Shown: piece after piece, positions 6,534 to 13,851 of the stretch | Layout: each line of letters opens with the position of its first letter | How positions within the stretch are numbered: the first letter of the stretch is position 1 | Assembly (NCBI RefSeq): GCF_001945605.1 | Contig: NZ_MPKA01000106.1 | Span: forward strand, 1 to 26,592 | DNA from: Dubosiella newyorkensis | GTDB taxonomy: Bacteria > Bacillota_I > Bacilli_A > Erysipelotrichales > Erysipelotrichaceae | Length of the DNA stretch: 26,592 bases | Reading direction: 5' to 3' | Translations under genes and position numbers: made by a program | Notes under the pieces: generated by a model | The model's database searches: none | What the model was told of the DNA's origin: nothing | The model's input: the letters and a program-made list of their open reading frames with translations, nothing else

Positions 6534-7742
6534 TTAGTCTTCTACGTTTTTAACGATGACAGCGACACCCATACCGCCGCCGATGCAAAGGGAAGCAAGA
6601 CCATATTTTGCTTTACGCTTGATCATCTCATGGAGAAGGGAAACGAGGATACGGTTTCCAGAAGCACCTACTGGGTGACCAAGAGCGATCGCGCCACCAT
6701 TGACGTTTGTGATCTCCATCAACGCTTTGCGGTCGATGCCTGTCTTTTCGATCAATTCATGAACAACACCAAGAGATTGGGAAGCGAACGCTTCATTCAG
6801 CTCGATCAAGTTCATATCTTGAAGAGTAAGATCCGCATCTTTTAACGCATTCAAGATCGCTGGCGTAGGACCAAGACCCATTACGAGTGGATCGACGCCG
6901 CCTTGACCACAACCGATGATCTCAGCGATTGGTTTCAAATTGTATTTTTTAACAGCTTCTTCGCTAGCAACGATGACCATGCTCGCACCATCGTTGATTC
7001 CAGAAGCGTTACCAGCAGTGACTGTTCCATCTTTAATGAAAGCAGGACGAAGCTTGGCGAGTTTTTCTAAACTTGTTTGACGAGGGTGTTCATCCGTATC
7101 GAAAACCGTCACGCCTTTTCTCGTTTTGATTTCGATTGGAACGATCTCATCTTTGAATTTACCTTCAGCGATCGCCATCAACGCTTTTTCTTGCGAAGCA
7201 AGAGCGAATTCGTCTTGCGCTTCACGCGTAATATCGTATTTCTTCGCGATATTTTCAGCTGTTACACCCATGTGTACATTGTTCATTGCATCTGTCAATG
7301 CATCATAGATCATTGCATCCACAACGGTTTGATTTCCCATTTTCGTGCCAGTGCGGTTTTTGCCATTGACCAAATATGGAGCAGCGGACATGTTTTCAAC
7401 ACCACCAGCTACATACACATCACCCCATCCAGCATGGATACGGATCGTAGCTTCGATGACAGCTTCAAGACCTGAACCACATACCATGTTGATTGAATGC
7501 GCAGGAATCGTTTCAGGAATTCCAGCATCCAACGCGATATGACGCGCAATATTTTGTCCAAGACCCGCCGAAATTACGTTTCCGATGATGACTTCATTAA
7601 TATCTTTTGGTTCGATACCCGCTTCCTGGATCGCTGCCTTTAAAACAGTGGCTCCTAATTCAGCCGCAGGAACATTCGTTAAGCTTCCTAAAAAAGTACC
7701 GATCGCACTGCGTTTCGCAGCGACAATATAGGCTTTGTTCAT
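6534..7742 (-). CDS. thl: Acetyl-CoA C-acetyltransferase (thiolase II)
   Basis: Active-site contexts MVCGSGLEA (Cys), NGGAIALGHPVGASG (His) and LCIGGGMG (Cys). 402 aa. Confidence 0.95.
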   Translation of the reverse strand: MNKAYIVAAKRSAIGTFLGSLTNVPAAELGATVLKAAIQEAGIEPKDINEVIIGNVISAGLGQNIARHIALDAGIPETIPAHSINMVCGSGLEAVIEATIRIHAGWGDVYVAGGVENMSAAPYLVNGKNRTGTKMGNQTVVDAMIYDALTDAMNNVHMGVTAENIAKKYDITREAQDEFALASQEKALMAIAEGKFKDEIVPIEIKTRKGVTVFDTDEHPRQTSLEKLAKLRPAFIKDGTVTAGNASGINDGASMVIVASEEAVKKYNLKPIAEIIGCGQGGVDPLVMGLGPTPAILNALKDADLTLQDMNLIELNEAFASQSLGVVHELIEKTGIDRKALMEITNVNGGAIALGHPVGASGNRILVSLLHEMIKRKAKYGLASLCIGGGMGVAVIVKNVED

Positions 7743-7789
7743 ACTTTGTAAATACCCTCTTTCTACTCTCGTAAGAGATTTCTAACGTT

Positions 7790-7818
7790 ATATTAGGCTC
7801 TTTCCAGAGCTCTGTCAA
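7790..7818 (-). promoter_or_regulatory. thl promoter
   Basis: On the minus strand: TTGACA (7818..7813), 17-nt spacer, TAATAT (7795..7790). Confidence 0.6.
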
Positions 7819-7822
7819 TGAT

Positions 7823-7840
7823 TTGTGAATTTTTTAATAA
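7823..7840. promoter_or_regulatory. Rex-like operator 4 nt upstream of the thl -35
   Basis: The minus strand reads TTATTAA-AAAA-TTCACAA. That is one mismatch to the degenerate Rex consensus TTGTKAA-N4-TTMACAA. Confidence 0.4.
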
Positions 7841-7853
7841 GTGGAAAGCGCTT

Positions 7854-8978
7854 TTAATTGATTTGTTTTCCATCAATAAAAACATTTTTGATCTCATTTT
7901 GCGGATCGAGAAGGGAAGAAGTGCAAACGATCAAATCCGCATCTTTACCCACCTTGATGCTTCCAACACGATCAGAGATCTTCAAAATCTTTGCTGGCGA
8001 TAAAGTGATCGCCTCGATCGCGTCTTTCCCGCTCAAGCCTTCTTTGACGCTCAAAGCCGCACAAATCGGCAAATATTCTTGAGGAACAACAGGGGAATCC
8101 GTGGTGATCGAAAACAAGATCCCGTGCTCTTTCATGACCTTTGGCGTCTTGAACGATTTAGCTTTCAATTCATATTTACTTTTATGGGTGAAAGCAGGAC
8201 CCACAATACACGGATATCCGCTTTCTTTGATCTTATCGACTATGATCGCTCCATCCGTGACATGATCAAGAGTCAAGTCAAGATCGAATTCTTTACCGAT
8301 CCGGATCGCTGTAAGGATATCGTCGCTCCGGTGTGCGTGACACTTGAGCGGCATTTCCTTTTTAAGAACAGGAATCATCGCCTCATACTGCATGTTAAAT
8401 GGAACATCTTTTCCACTCTCTTTTTTCTCCATATACTCTTTTGTCTTGAACAACAAATTTCTTAAAAGAGCCGCAATATTCATTCGAGTTTTGATTTTCG
8501 AATCTTGATAGACCCGTTTAGGATTTTCTCCAAACGCCGCCTTCATCGCAATGTTCTCTTGTACGATCGCATCATCGATGCACTTTCCATTCGTTTTATA
8601 GCAAACAAATGTTCCGCCAACTACATTCGCGCTTCCGGGACCGGCCGCAACACAAGTGATCCCCGCTTCACGTGCATTTTTGACGGATTCATCCAAAATA
8701 TAACAGCCATCGATCCCTCGAACTTGGGGAGTGAGAGGATCCGACATCTCATTGACATCGTTACCTTCCATTCGGATCGAACTTTCTTCCATGCCAAGAT
8801 GACAGTGCGCTTCGACCATACCTGGATAGATATTCAATCCTGTACAATCGATGATTTCTTCTTTTGGAAGAGCATCTAGATCTTTGCCAACACCCGCGAT
8901 TACGTTTTTAGAAATACGAATATCGCCAAAAAAATCTTCTCCTTCAACGGGGAAGACATGTCCATTTTTCAATAACAT
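7854..8978 (-). CDS. Metal-dependent amidohydrolase-superfamily protein (COG1228-like), substrate unknown
   Basis: HxH metal motif (VEAHCHLG), later His in KCHAH and LDHVTDG, Asp in ITTDSP. Start moved to ATG 8978 (MLLKNGHVF) because AAGGAG lies 10 nt upstream. Confidence 0.8.
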   Translation of the reverse strand: MLLKNGHVFPVEGEDFFGDIRISKNVIAGVGKDLDALPKEEIIDCTGLNIYPGMVEAHCHLGMEESSIRMEGNDVNEMSDPLTPQVRGIDGCYILDESVKNAREAGITCVAAGPGSANVVGGTFVCYKTNGKCIDDAIVQENIAMKAAFGENPKRVYQDSKIKTRMNIAALLRNLLFKTKEYMEKKESGKDVPFNMQYEAMIPVLKKEMPLKCHAHRSDDILTAIRIGKEFDLDLTLDHVTDGAIIVDKIKESGYPCIVGPAFTHKSKYELKAKSFKTPKVMKEHGILFSITTDSPVVPQEYLPICAALSVKEGLSGKDAIEAITLSPAKILKISDRVGSIKVGKDADLIVCTSSLLDPQNEIKNVFIDGKQIN

Positions 8979-9006
8979 AATTCTCAAACTCCTTTCCACA
9001 ATTTCT

Positions 9007-9035
9007 ATCATATCACTTGTTAAAGAATTAACAAA
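9007..9035 (-). promoter_or_regulatory. Candidate amidohydrolase promoter overlapping the Rex box
   Basis: On the minus strand: TATGAT (9012..9007), with -35 TTTGTT (9035..9030, 17-nt spacer) or TTGTTA (16 nt), both supplied by the Rex palindrome. Confidence 0.4.
9017..9034. promoter_or_regulatory. Rex (redox-sensing repressor) operator, perfect palindrome
   Basis: TTGTTAA-AGAA-TTAACAA is an exact match to the Clostridia-type Rex consensus TTGTTAANNNNTTAACAA. It lies in the divergent amidohydrolase/bcd promoter region. Confidence 0.7.
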
Positions 9036-9040
9036 TAGTA

Positions 9041-9069
9041 TTGACTTGAGAATGTAACAGCTTTACAAT
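9041..9069 (+). promoter_or_regulatory. bcd operon promoter
   Basis: TTGACT (9041-9046), 17-nt spacer, TACAAT (9064-9069), 80 nt upstream of the bcd ATG. Confidence 0.65.
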
Positions 9070-9149
9070 AAATCTGTATGAAAAATCTTTCTATTTCATG
9101 CAATCCAGACTAAAAAGTTCAATTAATATGGGAAAGGAGAACTTCATTT

Positions 9150-10289
9150 ATGGATTTCAATTTGACAGAACAACAAAAAATGATGCAGAAGTTGTTCAGA
9201 GAAGTTGCAGAAAACGAAGTAAAAGAAAACGCTGCCGACGTTGATGAAAACGAACGTTTCCCAAAGGAAAGCGTAGAAGTTATGCGGCAAAGTAAAATGC
9301 TTGGAATCCCTTATCCACGTGAATACGGTGGAGCAGGTGCGGATTATCTAAGCTATATTCTTGCGGTCGAAGAACTTAGCAAGAAATGCGCGACGACAGG
9401 TGTCGTATTATCAGCACATACCTCATTAGGCACTTGGCCGATCGCTCAATTTGGCACGCCAGAACAAAAAGAAAAATATTTGAGACCACTTGCGAGTGGT
9501 GAAAAATTAGCTGCGTTCGGTTTGACGGAACCAAATGCCGGAACAGACGCCGCTGGACAGCAAACATACGCTGTTAAAGATGGAGACGATTACATTTTGA
9601 ATGGAACGAAGATCTTCATCACGAACGCAGGAGAGGCTGATGTCTATATTATCTTTGCGATGACAGACAAGTCCAAAGGGACTCGTGGTATCTCCGCATT
9701 TATCGTAGAGAAAGACACTCCAGGCTTTACAATCGGTCTACATGAAAAGAAATTAGGTATTCGTGGATCTGCGACAAGCGAATTGATCTTCAATAATGTA
9801 CGTATTCCAAAAGAAAACCTTTTAGGAAAAGAAGGGCAAGGGTTCAAGATCGCGATGATGACGCTCGATGGAGGACGGATCGGTATCGCGGCCCAAGCTT
9901 TAGGTATCGCGCAAGGAGCGATCGATGAAGTCATTCCTTATGTAAAAGCACGTAAACAATTTGGACGTTCTTTAGCGAAATTCCAAAACACTCAATTCCA
10001 ATTAGCCAATATGCAAACAGCCGTCGACGCTGCTCGTCTTCTTGTTTATAAAGCAGCCATGGCCAAAGAAAACGGAGAACCATATTCGGTTCTTGCGGCA
10101 GAAGCGAAGTTGTTCGCCGCTGAAACGGCAATGGATGTTACGACAAAAGCGATCCAGCTCATGGGCGGATATGGATACACGCGCGATCTTCCAGTCGAAA
10201 GAATGTTCCGCGATGCGAAGATCACTGAAATCTATGAAGGAACTTCCGAAGTACAGCGCATGGTCATCTCTGGCGCTATGTTGAAGTAA
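9150..10289 (+). CDS. bcd: Butyryl-CoA (short-chain acyl-CoA) dehydrogenase
   Basis: 379 aa. Acyl-CoA dehydrogenase motifs (GLTEPNAGTDA, catalytic Glu context IYEGTSEVQR). Followed directly by etfBA. Confidence 0.95.
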   Translation: MDFNLTEQQKMMQKLFREVAENEVKENAADVDENERFPKESVEVMRQSKMLGIPYPREYGGAGADYLSYILAVEELSKKCATTGVVLSAHTSLGTWPIAQFGTPEQKEKYLRPLASGEKLAAFGLTEPNAGTDAAGQQTYAVKDGDDYILNGTKIFITNAGEADVYIIFAMTDKSKGTRGISAFIVEKDTPGFTIGLHEKKLGIRGSATSELIFNNVRIPKENLLGKEGQGFKIAMMTLDGGRIGIAAQALGIAQGAIDEVIPYVKARKQFGRSLAKFQNTQFQLANMQTAVDAARLLVYKAAMAKENGEPYSVLAAEAKLFAAETAMDVTTKAIQLMGGYGYTRDLPVERMFRDAKITEIYEGTSEVQRMVISGAMLK

Positions 10290-10311
10290 TCGTGAAAGAA
10301 AGGATCTTAAT

Positions 10312-11109
10312 ATGAAAATAGCTGTTCTCGTAAAACAAGTACCGGATTCAACAGAAATCACGGTCGATAAAAATACAGGTACTTTGGTCCGCGATGGCGT
10401 TCCTAGTATCATCAACCCAGATGATCTTGCTGGTCTTGAAGCGGCGCTCGCTTTGAAAGACAAAGACGATTCTGTAGAAATCACTGTTATTTCCATGGGG
10501 CCTCCTCAAGCGAAAGGTATGCTTCAAGAAACGATCGCCCGCGGAGCCGATCATGCGGTTCTTTTGACAGACCGTCGCCTAGGCGGTGCGGACACTTGCG
10601 CGACTAGCCGTACTTTGGCGGCCGCTCTTGACAAGATCGGATACGATCTGATCATCGCCGGACGTCAAGCGATCGATGGCGATACAGCGCAAGTTGGTCC
10701 TCAAACTGCAGAACGCTTGAATATTCCTCAAGTCACTTATGTGGATGAGATCATCGAATTGACTCCAGAATACGCTGTTGTTCGCAAAGCGCTCGAAGAT
10801 GAAGAACAAATCTTGAAAGTCAAGCTCCCAGCTGTGTTAACGACACTCTCTGGCATGAATAAACCTCGTTATATGAACTGCATGGATATCGTGGATTCGT
10901 TCAACAATCCAGTTCAGATCATGACTTATGATGATTTGGTCGACATCCTTCCGCAAAACGAAATCGGTCTAGCCGGTTCTCCAACAAAAGTTCATAGAAC
11001 ATTTACAAAAGACGTTTCCGCAGCAACAGAGACATTCGATCTTCCTGCTCAGGAAACAGCTGAATTGATTGCGAAAACGTTGAAAGACAAGCAATTGATC
11101 ACGAAGTAG
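10312..11109 (+). CDS. etfB: Electron transfer flavoprotein beta subunit
   Basis: MKIAVLVKQVPD N-terminus and GRQAIDGDTAQVGP motif. Position between bcd and etfA. Confidence 0.95.
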   Translation: MKIAVLVKQVPDSTEITVDKNTGTLVRDGVPSIINPDDLAGLEAALALKDKDDSVEITVISMGPPQAKGMLQETIARGADHAVLLTDRRLGGADTCATSRTLAAALDKIGYDLIIAGRQAIDGDTAQVGPQTAERLNIPQVTYVDEIIELTPEYAVVRKALEDEEQILKVKLPAVLTTLSGMNKPRYMNCMDIVDSFNNPVQIMTYDDLVDILPQNEIGLAGSPTKVHRTFTKDVSAATETFDLPAQETAELIAKTLKDKQLITK

Positions 11110-11127
11110 AAAGGCGAGTAAGCAAAG

Positions 11128-12156
11128 ATGGCAAAATTTCCTGATTATAAAGATATCTACGTATTCGTAGAACAAAAAAATGGAGAGCCTGCGGAAGTCG
11201 GGTACGAATTGATTTCCGAAGCCCGCAAACTTGTCTCCACGATCCCAAATATGGATTACAAAGTTGTCGGCGTGTTGTTAGGCGACAATGTGAAAGATAA
11301 AGCAGAAGAAGTGATCGCGCATGGCGCGGACAAAGTGATCATTGTCGATGATCCTCTTCTTAAAGACTATTCGACGCAGTTCTATGCGGATGCGCTCACA
11401 CAAATCATCAAAGAATTCAAACCAGACTCTTTCTTGACAGGCGCAACTGTATTAGGACGCGATTTAGCACCTCGTGTGGCTGCCCGGATCAATGCTGGAC
11501 TTACAGCTGACGCGACAAAGATCGATATCGACCAAGATAAAGTAGCCGATGGAGAAGCGCTCCTTCTTGTTACTCGTCCTACATTTGGCGGTAACTTATT
11601 CGGTACGATCGTTTGCCCTGACACACGTCCTCAAATGGCCACGATCCGTCCAAAAGTGTTTGACATGGCACCTATCGATGAAACTCGCACAGGGGAAATC
11701 ATCGAATTCAAACCAGAATGGGAATCGACAACACCACAAGTCGAAATCATGGAAACAGTGGCAAAAGCTTTGGAAGGTGTCGATATCACGAAAGCGAACA
11801 TCCTTGTAGGCGTAGGTCGTGGAGCTGAGCACAGCATCGAAACGATCAAAGAATGCGCTAAAGAACTTGGAGGAGAAGTTTGCGCGACACGTGCTGTAGT
11901 CGAAGATGGATTCATGGATAAAGATGTTCAAGTTGGGCAAACCGGAAAAACTGTTCGTCCTTCTCTCTATATCGCTTGTGGAATTTCGGGCGCTGTACAA
12001 CACGTAGCTGGAATGGAAAAATCGGATATGATCATCGCGATCAATCGTGACCCTGAAGCGGAAATCTTCAAGATCGCCAATATGGGATTTGTTGGCAATG
12101 TAGACGAAGTTCTTCCACTTCTCGTTGAAGAAATCAAAAAAGCGAAAGCAGCTTAA
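11128..12156 (+). CDS. etfA: Electron transfer flavoprotein alpha subunit
   Basis: C-terminal FAD-binding region (VGQTGKTVRPSLYIACGISGAVQHVAGM). 342 aa. Confidence 0.95.
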   Translation: MAKFPDYKDIYVFVEQKNGEPAEVGYELISEARKLVSTIPNMDYKVVGVLLGDNVKDKAEEVIAHGADKVIIVDDPLLKDYSTQFYADALTQIIKEFKPDSFLTGATVLGRDLAPRVAARINAGLTADATKIDIDQDKVADGEALLLVTRPTFGGNLFGTIVCPDTRPQMATIRPKVFDMAPIDETRTGEIIEFKPEWESTTPQVEIMETVAKALEGVDITKANILVGVGRGAEHSIETIKECAKELGGEVCATRAVVEDGFMDKDVQVGQTGKTVRPSLYIACGISGAVQHVAGMEKSDMIIAINRDPEAEIFKIANMGFVGNVDEVLPLLVEEIKKAKAA

Positions 12157-12171
12157 GGAGTATACTAAATT

Positions 12172-13008
12172 ATGACAAGAAAAATTGGTGTAGTAGGCGC
12201 CGGAACGATGGGGCAAGGAATTGCCAACGCGTTCGCAAGCGCTGGAAATGATGTAATCGTAGTCGATGTTAAAAAAGAATGGGCAGAAAACGGTGTCAAC
12301 AAGATCTGCGCTGGAAAAGACAAACTTGTAGCGAAAGGCAAGATCACGCAAGAAGCCGCTGATGCCGCGAAAGCAAATTTAAAAGCGGGCGTTTATGAAG
12401 ATCTTTCCGATCGTGATTTGATTGTAGAAGCTGTCTTAGAACAAATGCCAGTCAAAAAAGATCTTTTCAAAATGTTGGATGGTATCGTGAAAGAAGACGC
12501 GATCTTTGGATCGAACACTTCTTCGCTCTCAATCACAGAAATCGCGAATGGAATTCAGCATCCAGTGATCGGTATGCATTTCTTCAACCCTGCGGATCGT
12601 ATGAAACTCGTTGAAGTGATTTCAGGTGCGAACACTCCAGAAGAAGTCAAAGACGAAATTATCGCGATCTCGAAAGAAATTGGTAAAACACCAGTTGAAG
12701 TCAATGAAGCCCCTGGCTTTGTCGTAAACCGTATTTTGATCCCGATGATCAACGAAGCAACAGGCATCCTTCAAGAAGGTGTTGCTTCTGTTGAAGATAT
12801 CGATACCGCAATGAAATTAGGCGCCAACCATCCAATGGGACCTCTAGCCTTGGGCGACCTTGTTGGATTGGATATCGTCCTTGCGATCATGAACGTTCTT
12901 TATGACGAAACAGGCGATCCTAAATATCGTCCAACGACTTTGTTAAAGAAAATGGTTCGCGCAGGAAAACTTGGCCGCAAAACTGGCGAAGGATTCTATA
13001 AATATTAA
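12172..13008 (+). CDS. hbd: 3-hydroxybutyryl-CoA dehydrogenase
   Basis: Rossmann motif [12 protein letters not shown], plus HFFNPA and GFVVNRIL motifs. 278 aa. Confidence 0.95.
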   Translation: MTRKIGVVGAGTMGQGIANAFASAGNDVIVVDVKKEWAENGVNKICAGKDKLVAKGKITQEAADAAKANLKAGVYEDLSDRDLIVEAVLEQMPVKKDLFKMLDGIVKEDAIFGSNTSSLSITEIANGIQHPVIGMHFFNPADRMKLVEVISGANTPEEVKDEIIAISKEIGKTPVEVNEAPGFVVNRILIPMINEATGILQEGVASVEDIDTAMKLGANHPMGPLALGDLVGLDIVLAIMNVLYDETGDPKYRPTTLLKKMVRAGKLGRKTGEGFYKY

Positions 13009-13016
13009 GATTGATC

Positions 13017-13043
13017 AAAGGCGAAACACATTCGCCTTTTTTT
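13017..13043 (+). terminator. Intra-cluster intrinsic terminator/attenuator between hbd and crt
   Basis: Stem AAAGGCGAA (13017-13025) with TTCGCCTTT (13031-13039), loop ACACA, T7 run at 13037-13043. The crt RBS follows immediately. Confidence 0.65.
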
Positions 13044-13059
13044 GAAAGGAAGAAAGAAA

Positions 13060-13839
13060 ATGACATTCGTAGAAATTGAAAAAAAAGATCATATCGCAAC
13101 GATCACGATCAACAACCCAAAAGCGCTCAACGCGCTCTCCACAGCCGTCCTTGCTGACCTTGAACAAGCTGTAGAACTCGTTAAAAACGATCCAGACACA
13201 TATTGCGCGATCATAACAGGAGCAGGATCAAAAGCCTTTGTAGCTGGCGCAGATATCGCTGAAATGAAAGACAAAACAGTGGAAGAAGCTGCTGAATATG
13301 GAGCGTATGGAAACAAGATCTTCCGTATGATCGAAACGCTTCACTGCCCAGTGATCGCAGCCGTGAATGGTTTTGCGCTTGGAGGAGGATGCGAGCTCGC
13401 AATGTCTTGCGATATTCGTCTTGCTAGTGAAAACGCAGTCTTTGGACAACCAGAAGTTGGATTAGGAATCACTCCAGGATTTGGAGGAACACAACGTCTT
13501 GCCCGTTTGATCCCTGTAGGAATCGCGAAAGAAATGATCTTCACAGGAAGAAATATTAAAGTCGACCGTGCTTATGAAATTGGGCTTGTCAATGCTGTCT
13601 ATCCAGCGGATCAATTGATGGAAGCTGCACAGAAAATGGCAAAAGGCATCGCGAAAAACGCGCCGATCGCGGTTGAAAAAGCGAAAAAAGCGATCGATGC
13701 CGGTCTACAAGGAAGCATCGACGATGGAATCAAAGAAGAAGTCGAAGATTTTTCCGCTTGCTTCGCTAGCGAAGACCAAACATATGGAATGGACTGCTTC
13801 TTGAATAAAGTCAAAGATAAAGTCTTCCAAAATAAGTAA
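13060..13839 (+). CDS. crt: Crotonase (short-chain enoyl-CoA hydratase)
   Basis: GGGCELAMSCDIR and PEVGLGITPGFGGTQRL motifs. Start moved to ATG 13060 (MTFVEIEKK); the ORF-track TTG at 13042 sits inside the terminator T-run. Confidence 0.9.
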   Translation: MTFVEIEKKDHIATITINNPKALNALSTAVLADLEQAVELVKNDPDTYCAIITGAGSKAFVAGADIAEMKDKTVEEAAEYGAYGNKIFRMIETLHCPVIAAVNGFALGGGCELAMSCDIRLASENAVFGQPEVGLGITPGFGGTQRLARLIPVGIAKEMIFTGRNIKVDRAYEIGLVNAVYPADQLMEAAQKMAKGIAKNAPIAVEKAKKAIDAGLQGSIDDGIKEEVEDFSACFASEDQTYGMDCFLNKVKDKVFQNK

Positions 13840-13851
13840 GAGGGTGTCTGC

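Noticed and set aside
9053-9067. cre-like palindrome TGTAA-CAGCT-TTACA in the spacer/-10 of the bcd promoter (possible CcpA site)
   Set aside because: The half-sites are right, but the centre has 5 nt instead of 4 and lacks the central CG of the cre consensus. It could bind another regulator, but I cannot support a CcpA call.
10002-10496. 164-aa antisense ORF over the bcd/etfB junction, and the many other 60-130-aa ORFs in the track that overlap called genes
   Set aside because: All lie antisense to, or out of frame within, strongly supported CDS. They lack RBS and have no recognisable motifs, so I treat them as spurious.
11596-12351. 251-aa ORF on the minus strand spanning the etfA 3' end and the hbd 5' end
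   Set aside because: It is fully antisense to two genes with unmistakable motifs. Its composition is skewed (F/S/D/R/C-rich), it has no RBS, and it crosses an intergenic gap. This is typical of a shadow ORF opposite a well-conserved gene.
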